Shown: positions 30,950 through 41,319, counted from the first letter of the stretch. The stretch is DNA of 64,000 nt from Candidatus Oxydemutatoraceae bacterium (GCA_965220085.1 CBDCOZ010000003.1:1-64000); one strand, 5' to 3'. Numbers and translations: made by a program. The notes: generated from the letters alone by a model not told the origin.

Positions 30950-32362
30950 ATGAGCAAAGGCAAAAATAAAGCAAAACCCTGGGGCGGAAGGTTCGGCGAA
31001 AGCACCGAACAGAGCTTTGAACGCTTCTCCGCTTCGGTCGGCTTTGACCACAGGCTTTATGCACAGGACATAGAGTGCTCGCTCGCGCACCTTGACGCAT
31101 TGCGCAAAGCCGGTGTGCTATCCGCGCAGGAACAGCAAACACTGGCCGACGGCCTGAACAAAATCCGCGCCGAGATAGAAAGCGGAACATTTGAGTGGAA
31201 GGAATCGCTGGAAGACGTGCACATGAATATCGAGATGCGGCTGATCGAGTTAGTCGGAGAAACCGGCAAGAAGTTGCACACGGGGCGTTCCAGAAACGAT
31301 CAGGTGGCGACCGACATGCGGCTGTATTGCCGTCTGCGGGCGGACGCGCTCAAGGCTGCGGTGGCGACGCTTCAGAGCGCGATCGCAGACATTGCCGAGC
31401 GCGAGACAGACACCGTCATGCCCGCCTTCACGCACTTGCAGCCCGCGCAACCGGTCGGCTTCGCTCACCACATGTTGGCGTGGTTTGAAATGCTCCGGCG
31501 CGACAACCAGCGGCTGCTCGACTTGCGCAAACGGATCAATGTGTTGCCTCTGGGCAGCGCCGCCGGCGTCGGCAGCGCGTATCCGCTGGATCGCGAACAC
31601 ATCGCCCGCCTGCTCGGGTTTGAAACGGTATCCGCAAATTCCCTCGACGCGGTCTCCGATAGAGACTTTGCGATAGAGTTCTGCTTTGTCTGCGCAATGC
31701 TGATGATGCACCTGTCGCGGATGTGCGAAGAAATAATCCTGTGGTGTACGCAACAGTTCGGGTTTGTCGAACTGCCGGACCGGTTTTGCACCGGCTCTTC
31801 TATCATGCCGCAAAAGAAAAACCCCGATGCGGTCGAGTTGATTCGGGGCAAAAGCGGGCGGGTTTACGGCGATCTGTTCGGCCTCTTGACCCTGATGAAA
31901 GCGCAGGCGCTGGCCTATAACCGCGATAATCAGGAAGACAAAGAAGCGCTGTTTGATGCGCTTGACACCACCGCCGACTGCGTCAATATTATGGCGGGCG
32001 TCGTCGGCTCCATGACAGTCAACAAAGAACGGATGCGACTGGCAAGCGCCCAAGGCTTTACGACCGCCACCGACCTCGCCGATTATCTGGTCAAGCAGGG
32101 CATCCCTTTTCGCGATGCGCACCGCATCGTCGGGCAAGCCGTCCGGCTTGCGATTGAAAAAGAATACGGCGGGCTGGACGAGCTCAGCGAGCGCGACATG
32201 AAAGACTTGCATCCCGCTCTGGATGCAAAAGCGATCGAAGCGCTGGAACTCAAGCGCTCGCTAGAGAGCAAGGGAATCTACGGCGGCACCGCCCCGCAAC
32301 AAGTGGCGGAACAGATTACAGCCGCCAGAGCATACCTTGCTCAGATGGGAAATTCAGACTGA
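30950..32362 (+). CDS. argH: Argininosuccinate lyase
   Basis: Motifs WGGRF, HTGRSRNDQ and GSSIMPQKKNPD. Confidence 0.98.
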   Translation: MSKGKNKAKPWGGRFGESTEQSFERFSASVGFDHRLYAQDIECSLAHLDALRKAGVLSAQEQQTLADGLNKIRAEIESGTFEWKESLEDVHMNIEMRLIELVGETGKKLHTGRSRNDQVATDMRLYCRLRADALKAAVATLQSAIADIAERETDTVMPAFTHLQPAQPVGFAHHMLAWFEMLRRDNQRLLDLRKRINVLPLGSAAGVGSAYPLDREHIARLLGFETVSANSLDAVSDRDFAIEFCFVCAMLMMHLSRMCEEIILWCTQQFGFVELPDRFCTGSSIMPQKKNPDAVELIRGKSGRVYGDLFGLLTLMKAQALAYNRDNQEDKEALFDALDTTADCVNIMAGVVGSMTVNKERMRLASAQGFTTATDLADYLVKQGIPFRDAHRIVGQAVRLAIEKEYGGLDELSERDMKDLHPALDAKAIEALELKRSLESKGIYGGTAPQQVAEQITAARAYLAQMGNSD

Positions 32363-32363
32363 G

Positions 32364-32678
32364 TTATTTGATAGCCGCCTCGATACTCTCGCTTTGACCG
32401 AGATTATCAAACCAACTGAGTTTTACCTTCTCGCCGGCCTCGGCGCCGTCAAACTCAAAACTGACAAAAGGGTTCTTTGACACGCCAGTGCCCCAATACG
32501 CTTCAAACACCACATCCCCTTTGTGCTCAACCACCACTTTCTGAATGAAGTGGGCCGGCACGATCTGGTCATCATCATCGCGCCTGCGCCCGGTTTCCAT
32601 CGGATGCTTAATCAGCGCCTTGACCGAAGTCGCGGCGCCGTCGCCTTTGCGCGCGCGCATTTTTATTGAATTCGCCAT
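32364..32678 (-). CDS. soxZ: Thiosulfate oxidation carrier SoxZ
   Basis: Motifs HPMETGRR, PAHFI and SKNP. Confidence 0.93.
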   Translation of the reverse strand: MANSIKMRARKGDGAATSVKALIKHPMETGRRRDDDDQIVPAHFIQKVVVEHKGDVVFEAYWGTGVSKNPFVSFEFDGAEAGEKVKLSWFDNLGQSESIEAAIK

Positions 32679-32691
32679 ATCTCCGTTGCGC

Positions 32692-33138
32692 TCAGGCGCA
32701 CCCCCCCGCAGTGACTGTCACATTCGCCGTGCCGCGATAGACCTTCTCGCCCGCCTTTGCGATCGCAATCACGTCCGATGTCTCGCGCACCTTGATGTTG
32801 GCCGATATATGCGGCAAGCCGCGCGCGGTCATGACGAACTTGGAAGTCAGCGGCACCGGATTTTTTTCCACCAATATGCCAATCCACTCGACACCCTGTG
32901 CGTCCACCTTGACTTCGACTCTGACCTGCCCGCCGTTCTCGGCAATCTTCGGCGCCGTCACCGACACCTTTTTGTCTATCACTTCGCGACTGCCGATCAG
33001 TTCCGCGAGCGCCTGCTTCAACTCGGTTTTATCAAAAGCCGATTTGGGCCAGTTAGCCATCAAAGCGCTCGGCGCCAACCACGAAATGATGCCCGCCGCA
33101 ATCATTTTTGCTAAAAAGAATCTTCGTTGCTTGTTCAT
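32692..33138 (-). CDS. soxY: Thiosulfate oxidation carrier SoxY
   Basis: Twin-arginine signal, AP.IAENG, VEKNP.PL and C-terminal VT.GGC. Confidence 0.92.
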   Translation of the reverse strand: MNKQRRFFLAKMIAAGIISWLAPSALMANWPKSAFDKTELKQALAELIGSREVIDKKVSVTAPKIAENGGQVRVEVKVDAQGVEWIGILVEKNPVPLTSKFVMTARGLPHISANIKVRETSDVIAIAKAGEKVYRGTANVTVTAGGCA

Positions 33139-33180
33139 CTTCCCGCCTCCGAATAATTAGAAGTGCTTTGCATTATAGCA

Positions 33181-33316
33181 GTAAACAATCGGCAAACAGT
33201 TTATAGAACGCAAACAACCAATTAAGGACACACAAACAGTTTGTGGAGCACAAACAACTGAAGGAATCACAAGCAATTTAAGAAGCCGCAAACAATTGAG
33301 TATTGTTTGCGCTCCA
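33181..33316. repeat. Array of CAAACA/TGTTTG boxes
   Basis: Several (G/A)CAAACA(A/G) units. Related arrays lie at 22730-22812, 33711-33793, 42897-43000 and 46685-46770. Confidence 0.7.
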
Positions 33317-33325
33317 TGAAAAAGC

Positions 33326-33946
33326 CACTCCCTTCGTGCCGCAGGGCGCTCGCGCTACCGCAACGGGCCCTCAAGAAAGAGGCGCAACCGCAAGCGCAGG
33401 TCTTGGCGAACGCATTCCGTTGCCCCATCGCAATGCGCGGGAGGCGTTGCCCCGAACGCCAAGACGGGCAGGCGCTATGCCGCCGCGGGTTCGCGCACCG
33501 GCGCATCTGATGGGACATATCGGCAAGCGGTCGCGCGATGGCGCGCGGGTCGGGACAAGCCGCGCCTTTTGTCTATGCTGTGGCGCTTTCCATGTTAGGC
33601 GCCACGGCCCCATGGCTAGAATTGTATATAAGCCCCCTACAAAGGGCATTTGCATGATTTGCATTTTGTGGTATAGTGCGACAATTAACCAATTTACAAA
33701 GGGTTTATGAAGCACAAACAGTGGTGGAACGCAAACAATACTCAATTGTTTGCGGCTTCTTAAATTGTTTGTGCTCTTATATCGTTTGTGTACATGACAA
33801 ACACCAGGAGAAATACTATGATTTGTAGCAGAGAACATAGCGCTAAGAGTGCCAGCACTCATGGCACAACCGTATTCATCGGACAATCCATGAGGAGTAA
33901 TAGCATGAAACGACAAACTTTTAACACTGCCCCCCCCCCCCCCCCC
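33326..33946. repeat. About 620-bp duplicated promoter/leader module, copy B
   Basis: Matches 22345-22965. Confidence 0.95.
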
Positions 33947-35459
33947 CCTATCGCACTGGCAGACAACACGAACCCGGCTTAGCCTCTGCTCGCCGCTGGT
34001 AACGCGGCGCAACCTCTTAACACTTCTTCTGCCGGCGCTGTTTGTTGTCTGCGCTCAGGCGCAGGCGCAGAATGCCACCGGCGAACCGGCGGTGACGACG
34101 GTGGTCGATAACGGCATACCTGCGAGTAATCCCCAAGAGAGCGCAACACTGCGCGCAAGCTCTGGCACGATAGACGACACCAATGGCTTCACACGTTCCT
34201 CCATCACCTGGGCATGGCAACAGGGCGACACCGCCGATGGCTCCTTTGCCGCCATAGCCGGGGCCACCGCCTCCGACTTCACGCCCACGCAAGACCAGGT
34301 CGGCAAATACCTGCGCGTCTGTGCCAACTTTAACGATCACGCTGACAACAGCGAGACCCGATGCTGGACATCGTCCGTCGTTGTGAACGCCGCCCCGGTT
34401 GCGAAGAACAACACCATCTATGTGCCGGCGGGCGGCACCTACACTTTCTCGGCGGGTGACTTTCCGTTCACCGATACAGATGGCGGCGGCCTTAGCGGCA
34501 TACGCTTCCTGACCGCACCTACCGGCGCTACAACCGTAAATGTCGCTGGTAGATTCACCCCTCTCAACTCGGATGGGACCCTCACCATTCTTGGTACTGG
34601 TAGCTCCGTACCTGCGACCATAAATCCGGAGCTTATTTTCGCCGTAACCTACACCCCGCCCGCCAACGCCACAGCCATGGCGGGCTATACCAGCTTTACC
34701 TGGAGAGCAGATGATGTCGGAACTGCCGCCACCATCACCATAGATCTGGTGCCGACCACGCAAGAGGCGGCAACCGGCACACCGACGGTGACAGCGGTAG
34801 CCTACAGCGAGGGTGTGGAACTGACCGCCAGCACAGGCACCGTGGCCGATGCCAACGGCATCCCCACCCACAGACTCAACTGGCAGTGGCAATCCGCCGC
34901 CGCCCCCGACACCGGCATCCCGGCCACTAGCACATATGCCAATATCAATGGGGCCACCGCCGCCACCTTCACGCCCGAGCAGGAACATATCGGCCGATAC
35001 ATCCGTGCCTGCCTCCGTTTCATGGATGGCATACGCGCCCAAGAGGGCGGCACCGCCGACTCCCCCACGCTGTGCACCACAGGCAACGTCATCTCCAGGG
35101 CCAATTCGGTGAGTGTGCCGATTACCGCCAGCGAATCAGAGCCCTACGTTTTCAAGCCATCCGACTTCGTGTTCCCGGGCGATGGCGCACTGACCAGCCT
35201 CACCATAGTCACCGCGATAGCAGATGGCACCGGCGCCTTGCGCTTGGCAGGCATGCCCGTCACCGGCGCCCTCCACTTACAAGTGAGCGCTATACCACGT
35301 TTCACCTATTACCCCCCGGATAACTCCGTCGCCACCCCCAGATTCGCCACTTTCACCTTCAGAGTGAATGGCAACACCGCAACCCGCACGATGAACATAC
35401 ATCTGGTGGAGCACCTGCGCTTGCGGTTGCGTCTCTTTCTTGAGGGCCCGTTGCGATAG
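33905..35459 (+). CDS. Secreted Ig/cadherin-like protein with RLRLRLFLEGPLR tag (copy 3), frameshifted at poly-C (OFF)
   Basis: ATG at 33905 and a C19 tract at 33930-33948. Losing one C joins the start to an open frame LSHWQ...TRRNLLTLLLPALFVVCAQAQAQ and the 34092-35459 ORF. Confidence 0.82.
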
Positions 35460-35975
35460 CACGAGCAATCCGCTCGCAAGACTTGCACCGACACGCTCCC
35501 TTGCCAGAGTCGGCAAGCTAAGGGGGCTGACGAGCGGGTAGCCCGGCGGCAAGCGCACACTTTTTGCATCCGCTCCGCCGTTTTGATGTGCGCACCGGAG
35601 ACATCTGCAATCAAAAACATTACGCGGCGCTTCCTTCGAGCTTTGGCGGAATGGCAAAGTCCGCGCCGAAAACATCCGCGCATTGCGGCGAAACATCGCC
35701 GGAAAGAAAGCCGTCAAAATTGTTTCCGCCACGCATAGAGTGATGGGCGGCTGACATGGTAGGCGTCCATACTGGCTTTTATGCCGTGTTTCTCCCATAA
35801 TGTAAGGGCGTCAAGTTTCTGTTGGGTCGTATGACTCATAGTTGCCTCCGTAATGCAAAAGTAGCTATTTTATAGAGACCTCTGATGCCGTAGCCGATGT
35901 GTTGCTATTGCATGTCGGCTACGTTTTTTGTTGAAGCCATGAGTCTGGAATGTTTCTGGCATTATGCAAACCCTT

Positions 35976-36004
35976 CGGTTCACCCCCACTAGTGTGGGGA
36001 CAAC
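35976..36004. repeat. Solitary type I-E-like CRISPR repeat
   Basis: CGGTTCACCCCCACTAGTGTGGGGACAAC, 29 nt, with a CCCCAC/GTGGGG hairpin. Confidence 0.6.
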
Positions 36005-36209
36005 TTGACATAAGCCACTCATGTATTGAGAGCCCTTCTCGTTCTAACTGTACGGTTACTTTTTGCACCACTCTCTTGCCTTTTGTATGGGAATTATGTA
36101 TTTAACTTGACAGAGGCAGATTATGTCAGGCAGGAAACTTGACAAAGATACCAGTACGCTATATACCTATATCTTAATTCGTTGTTAAACCACTTTGGGG
36201 ATTAGGACT

Positions 36210-37130
36210 ATGAGTAAGAGAAAAGCAGAAATATTAAGCCTATATCAGATTATGGAGCAATACCCGACCGATGAAGCGACCATACGATACCTTGAAAGTC
36301 TGGCATGGAGTGATAAGCCGGTATGTTCTAAATGCGGATGTGATAACAAAATTACAGAGCAAAAGAAAGCTGGCGATTATTGGTGCGGTAGCTGTCGTTC
36401 ATACTTCAATGTATTCACCAATACACCGCTAGAGCGGAATAAAGTAGATGCCAGAAAATGGGTTTATGCTTCCTATACCCTGCTCACTTCACGCAAAGGG
36501 ATAAGCAGTCTGCAATTAAGCAAAGAGATTGGAGTGCAACAAAGAACAGCGTGGTATATGCTTCACCGCTTGCGGGTTATATGTGGCGGGGATATGCAGG
36601 CGCTGCATGGGCAAGTAGAGACAGATGAAACTTATATCGGCGGCAAGGAGAAAAACCGCCATCCCAACAAGAAAAAGCGGGCGGGTCGCGGTGGTGCTGG
36701 CAAGACTGCTATACTGGGTATGCGAGAGCGTAAAGGCAGAGTAAAGGCCATGCCAGTAGAGAACACTACAAAGGAAACACTACAGACCGCCGTACATAAA
36801 AATGTCCGCAAGGGTTCTACCCTTTTTACTGATGAAAACCCCTCATACAATGGTGTTGCCAATCGCCACTATGCGGTTAATCATTCTGCGAAGGAATATG
36901 TAAATGGTATGGCGCACACTAACGGCATAGAATCCGTATGGGCTGTACTCAAGAGAGGTTTTAGCGGTGTGTATCACAACTGGAGTAAGAAGCATTGCAG
37001 GGCTTATGTCAATGAGTTTTCCTTCCGTCTTAACGATGGCAATTGTGAGATAGATACCCAAGACAGATTAAACAGTTTGTTTGCCGGTATGCACGGCAAG
37101 CAGATTACTTATAAGGAATTGACAGGATGA
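36210..37130 (+). CDS. IS1595-family DDE transposase
   Basis: Zinc ribbon (CxxC...CxxC) plus ETDETYIGG, FTDE, NHS, TNGIES.W...KR and EFSFRLN. Confidence 0.95.
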   Translation: MSKRKAEILSLYQIMEQYPTDEATIRYLESLAWSDKPVCSKCGCDNKITEQKKAGDYWCGSCRSYFNVFTNTPLERNKVDARKWVYASYTLLTSRKGISSLQLSKEIGVQQRTAWYMLHRLRVICGGDMQALHGQVETDETYIGGKEKNRHPNKKKRAGRGGAGKTAILGMRERKGRVKAMPVENTTKETLQTAVHKNVRKGSTLFTDENPSYNGVANRHYAVNHSAKEYVNGMAHTNGIESVWAVLKRGFSGVYHNWSKKHCRAYVNEFSFRLNDGNCEIDTQDRLNSLFAGMHGKQITYKELTG

Positions 37131-37281
37131 AAACCACCCACAGCATAACTACAGTTTCGGTGAAGGTAGATAATTCAAAAAGGGTTCCTTTGAAATAGAT
37201 TTATCGGTGGTGCTATCCTTCCTTTGAGTATGAAATAGACAATGTAGAGCATGACACATCTAATCAGTCAGATATGCAAAT

Positions 37282-37440
37282 ATGAAACAGAAAGACTTAG
37301 ACAGAGCGGCTACGGCACTACTTAAAGCAGGGAAACTGCCGAAGGATAAAGATTGCCCGATACCGACAAAAGCAGACTTAAACCGTAAGTTTGTCATGCG
37401 GGTAGACCGTCAAGGCAAACCCACAATTATTGAGAAATAA
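37282..37440 (+). CDS. Small passenger ORF inside the IS (52 aa)
   Basis: MKQKDLDRAATALL...TIIEK*, present in both IS copies. Confidence 0.35.
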   Translation: MKQKDLDRAATALLKAGKLPKDKDCPIPTKADLNRKFVMRVDRQGKPTIIEK

Positions 37441-38059
37441 TACCTCTGTCAAGTTAAATACATAATTCCCTTTTGTATTGCTGTTGACGAACCTATAAGA
37501 GAATAGTTAAAATGTACTTCCCCAATCGGAGTACGTAACTCTAACAACACGGAGTCTGATTCTTCAACTTCCTTAATGGGTTCTCTACCGCCGTCAACAT
37601 TAAAAAAATACACGCCGTGTAATCCCAACAGCATTAAGCGCTCCATTTAGAACCTCACCAGTATCAAACTTCACTCTTGTTTTTGTATACGGTGTGTCAA
37701 AATTTGTACCGCGGAATTTAAGTGTCCCTATAGGAAGTAACCCGTTTATTCTGACAAAGATGTTTTCCGCGCCGTCTAAAAGGCATTGATATTGAACTCT
37801 ACTTTCTAATCCACTATACAGTCCGCTTAGCGCCTGTTCAGGTACCGCATTAGGTGAATATGCATGTGCTCCAGTAGTTTCTCCCGTCATCCTATCAGTG
37901 AATGTCCCGGATTTCCACGCTGCGTGTGATTCATTACACACAAAAACAGCGACAACTAAAACGATAACTAATAAGTCTTTCATATATAACCTCCTTATAT
38001 GATTTCAACTTAGTAAGCCGCGAGTACTTTAATCTCACGGCACTGGGGAGCACATCCCA

Positions 38060-38088
38060 AGGTTCACTCCCGCTAGTATGGGGACAAC
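38060..38088. repeat. Second degenerate type I-E-like repeat
   Basis: AGGTTCACTCCCGCTAGTATGGGGACAAC, with 4 mismatches to 35976-36004 and the same orientation. Confidence 0.55.
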
Positions 38089-38094
38089 TTAAAC

Positions 38095-38274
38095 ATGAAA
38101 ACCATTAATAACATGCTCAATTCAACCAGAAAAGAAGTTGTTATAGATGCTTTGAGTAATCATTGTGAAACCCTTTACAAATTGCTAAAAGAGCTGGTTG
38201 AGACTGAAATCAACTATAGTGATGACAACCTTGATAAAGATGTAGCTAAAATTTTCAACGAGGTTTTTGATTAA
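38095..38274 (+). CDS. Small hypothetical acidic protein (59 aa)
   Basis: Open frame MKTINNMLNS...FNEVFD* starting 6 nt after the repeat. Confidence 0.3.
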   Translation: MKTINNMLNSTRKEVVIDALSNHCETLYKLLKELVETEINYSDDNLDKDVAKIFNEVFD

Positions 38275-38296
38275 TGTGACATATTGTCAAAGCAAG

Positions 38297-39211
38297 TCAT
38301 TGCTCAGGTTGTAGTCCAATCGATTCTATCTTCTTGCAAAGGTCCTCAGTACTTTGCAAATACGCATCTAGGGATTTAAGGTCCTCAAACTGGATGGCAG
38401 ATGGGTTCTCAGAAACTTCTTGGTTGCTGAAAATTTTCCAAAAAGTCTTCCTATATTGATTACTTATGCTTTCAAGACTATCTATGTCTGAATGAGCTAG
38501 TTTATTTCTAATGTGTTTTAGAAGCTCAATTCTAGCTTTTGTTTCCTTATCGACATTAAAAGCCTTTTTATATTTCAGATACTTGTTATCAAAAGTTATC
38601 ACATCCCGAAGATTCTCTTTGATTTTAAGCTTTTCGTCAAAAATCTTCTCAACCCTTAGTGCTACATCAATGATTGCCGTTCTAACATGAACTTTTAGTA
38701 TGCTTTTTGAAATCTTATCCTTTTGGGATTTGGACGGAAAGTTCTTGCGCCGAGTTTCCTCAAGAGTATATTTGTCACTAAATTTCTTTTTCAATTTATC
38801 GCGCAAATCTTCCACACCCTCTGGCCCATAACCCTGCCCCTCTTCTTGATATCTGCTATTAATAAGACAAGAAACACTATCACTTTTAATAAGCGAGTGT
38901 ATTCTGCTCATGATATTTATTAACTTACTATTGATAGTTCTTATTGAGGCACTAGGACCGATGCCTTGCAAATGCAAATCTAAGAAAATATATTTAATAG
39001 TTGAAAGTTCTACATTGGCAAAACGCTCTAAATCATCATCCTCACCACTTGAGCAGGCAACTCTTATATTGTTCTTCAATAATTGAAGAACAAACCGGGA
39101 AACATCAGCAACATCAGCAACATCGTCTTTTGCACCTTCCTCAGAAAGTCCTTCAGTTTCGCCTTCTTGTAGTTCAAAGACATCATCAATAATCAAAACA
39201 TCATATAACAT
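38297..39211 (-). CDS. Receiver-domain protein with C-terminal HEPN-like domain
   Basis: N-terminal VLIIDD...IFLDLHL (REC) and C-terminal IRNKLAH (Rx4H). Confidence 0.65.
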   Translation of the reverse strand: MLYDVLIIDDVFELQEGETEGLSEEGAKDDVADVADVSRFVLQLLKNNIRVACSSGEDDDLERFANVELSTIKYIFLDLHLQGIGPSASIRTINSKLINIMSRIHSLIKSDSVSCLINSRYQEEGQGYGPEGVEDLRDKLKKKFSDKYTLEETRRKNFPSKSQKDKISKSILKVHVRTAIIDVALRVEKIFDEKLKIKENLRDVITFDNKYLKYKKAFNVDKETKARIELLKHIRNKLAHSDIDSLESISNQYRKTFWKIFSNQEVSENPSAIQFEDLKSLDAYLQSTEDLCKKIESIGLQPEQ

Positions 39212-39213
39212 AG

Positions 39214-41319
39214 CTAAGTTGCATCCCTCGGAAATCTTAATTTAATAATTGCTCCTTGTGAAAATTCTTCAGGAAGATTCTCTTCTTGCCAATCGCCCTG
39301 CTCAATAGAGCCTTTATGTGCCAGCATTACCTGTTCCGCTAAATGTAGCCCTATCCCCATGCTACTGTCATCAAACCGCCCGCTAATAAATGCGCCTAAC
39401 GCAGCTTCAAAGCTAATATTAAATCCTTTGCCATTATCAGCCACCAATATAACAGTAGATTTTTCATCACCGTAAGCACGGATATATATTTTCTTCTTTT
39501 CTATTTTGTAAAAACTCAACCAATAAATAGCATTATCAAAAAGATTCATCAGAACCCCAATGATTAACCCCTTTTTTCCAGAAATACTAAGTTCATCTCC
39601 CTTTAAGTCTGTTCGCAGTTCAATACCATGGGAGTCAAAACGGAATTCAGTATTAGAAATTGATTGATTGATTAGCCCTTTCACTGAAATATTAGAGCTT
39701 TTCTTTTTTAATTGAATCGTTGTCTTATAAGCAGCAATGGTTTCTTTTAGATGGATAAAAGCAGCATTTATCTTATTAAAATCTTTCTCTAGAATTTTTT
39801 TCTCAAGGTGGTCAATTATTTTGTCAACTTCATGAATAATAAAAGAAAGGTTTAACCCGGTATTAGCGGCAGTAAGAAAAACATTTTTTAATTGCGAAAA
39901 CTCCTCAGAAAATTCATAAATCCTTGCCTTGAATTTATCTTTTTCCTCGTCACTGAGATTAAGCTTGTTGACCTCCTTAACAATTTTTTTAATTTTTGTT
40001 TCTATATCCGCTTTATCGTATTCCTTGCCAAGCAAAGGCTCCATATTTGCCCGATCAATTTTGCGATAGTGCAATACCACCTCCATACAAAAATCAAGGT
40101 CTTGTTGCAAGCTTAGAAAGGTCTGATTGTGAATAAAACCCTCTCGGTTAGTTTTCTCAATCAGCGCCCTACTCTTTTCTCGGTCAAGTTCAATTATGGC
40201 AAGAATTTGATTGTAGCCAATATTATCTCCGAGCCTTTTTGCCCGTTTTCGATCTAGGTTAAGAATATCATTATCCTTTCCTCCTTCACCGTAGTTATAG
40301 ACTCTCATACCATCGCGATAGACGCGAATGCCTCCATTGTTCCTAAGATAATCGTTGATTATTTTTATATGAGGGCTACCAAGACTTCTGGAAAACTTGC
40401 TATCAAAAATGTAGCCTTGAAAAGTGACCGGACCAACATCTGACGGCTTCACTTCTTGATTATCCGCAGCAATGTGTTCGCAGTATTTAGCTCTTAATGA
40501 TTCAAGCTTATCTTTAATATCATCCAATTCAATCTTTTTGCTCGGTATCTTTTGAACATTCGGCGATCTAAACTCATACTCAAAGCTTGTGACTTTGCCC
40601 TTTTCGAAAACAATAAAATAACGAAAAAGTGCTTTGGCACAAACATCATCTACACTCAACTGGTCTTCAGTTTGGGAAGGGTTACCATTAGTTGTTAAAT
40701 CAATTTGGAATTGATCTTGAATACGAGAAGCAAAGGGAGGGAGCATCTTTAACAAGTCACTTCGGAGCTGTTTAATATCCTTGTCTTTTAAGGAGTCCTT
40801 TAATCTCTCAATGGTTAATCGGGTGCCAGTTGCGCCATCCTTAAAAACAGTTTCAGAAGTATGTTCAATTACTTGAATAGGGTTTAAATCGTTGATATAT
40901 TCAGCTTCCTCTAGGTCTTTCCAGTTTATATGGAAAGACACCTCTTTATGATTGGCTTGCTTTGAAATGACTGTTATCTCTTCGCCCAGTTTATGTGCAC
41001 CTAACCTTCCCACACCTTTTTCGCCGATTGGCATCCTCTGATATTTAGGTGTTCTGTTTTGTCCGGAAGACTTTGGGCTATTCCCTGGCCTAAGCCAGTA
41101 ATCTTTAATAATCTGCGTATTCATCCCTATACCATCATCTTCTATGATAATCTTGTCGTCCTCAATGCTCAGAACGCACTTACTAGCATCAGCGTCATAG
41201 GAGTTTTTCACTAACTCAGCAATAGCGATTTTCTTATCATGAATAAGCTCTTCACCTAAAAAACGAATTAGTTTTGGCGAGAACTCAAAAACATAATTGT
41301 GTTTTTGTTCAGGTTTCAT
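39214..41319 (-). CDS. GHKL (MORC/HSP90-like) ATPase fused to a histidine kinase
   Basis: N-terminal ELVKNSYDA, DDGIGM and GEKGVGR. C-terminal H-box IIHEV, NLFDNA, DNGKG and GIGL. Confidence 0.85.
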   Translation of the reverse strand: MKPEQKHNYVFEFSPKLIRFLGEELIHDKKIAIAELVKNSYDADASKCVLSIEDDKIIIEDDGIGMNTQIIKDYWLRPGNSPKSSGQNRTPKYQRMPIGEKGVGRLGAHKLGEEITVISKQANHKEVSFHINWKDLEEAEYINDLNPIQVIEHTSETVFKDGATGTRLTIERLKDSLKDKDIKQLRSDLLKMLPPFASRIQDQFQIDLTTNGNPSQTEDQLSVDDVCAKALFRYFIVFEKGKVTSFEYEFRSPNVQKIPSKKIELDDIKDKLESLRAKYCEHIAADNQEVKPSDVGPVTFQGYIFDSKFSRSLGSPHIKIINDYLRNNGGIRVYRDGMRVYNYGEGGKDNDILNLDRKRAKRLGDNIGYNQILAIIELDREKSRALIEKTNREGFIHNQTFLSLQQDLDFCMEVVLHYRKIDRANMEPLLGKEYDKADIETKIKKIVKEVNKLNLSDEEKDKFKARIYEFSEEFSQLKNVFLTAANTGLNLSFIIHEVDKIIDHLEKKILEKDFNKINAAFIHLKETIAAYKTTIQLKKKSSNISVKGLINQSISNTEFRFDSHGIELRTDLKGDELSISGKKGLIIGVLMNLFDNAIYWLSFYKIEKKKIYIRAYGDEKSTVILVADNGKGFNISFEAALGAFISGRFDDSSMGIGLHLAEQVMLAHKGSIEQGDWQEENLPEEFSQGAIIKLRFPRDAT

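Larger units (their letters stand above)
36089..37470 (+). mobile_element. IS1595-family insertion sequence, copy 1 (1382 bp)
   Basis: 28-bp TIR GGGAATTATGTATTTAACTTGACAGAGG and 8-bp TSD TTTTGTAT. Confidence 0.95.
36056..37983 (-). pseudogene. Secreted hypothetical protein, frameshifted and IS-interrupted
   Basis: Signal-peptide ORF at 37983-37600. Losing one T in the T7 run near 37602-37608 continues it into NVDGG...AIQK. Removing the IS gives ...IQKAREWCKK* ending at 36056. Confidence 0.65.

Noticed and set aside
33181-33316. CAAACA arrays as a CRISPR array or plasmid iterons
   Set aside because: The units are short, irregularly spaced and in mixed orientation, with no rep or cas gene nearby.
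35976-38088. A true CRISPR array
   Set aside because: There are only two repeats, about 2 kb apart, with no 30-35 bp spacers and no cas genes. Reported as solitary repeats instead.
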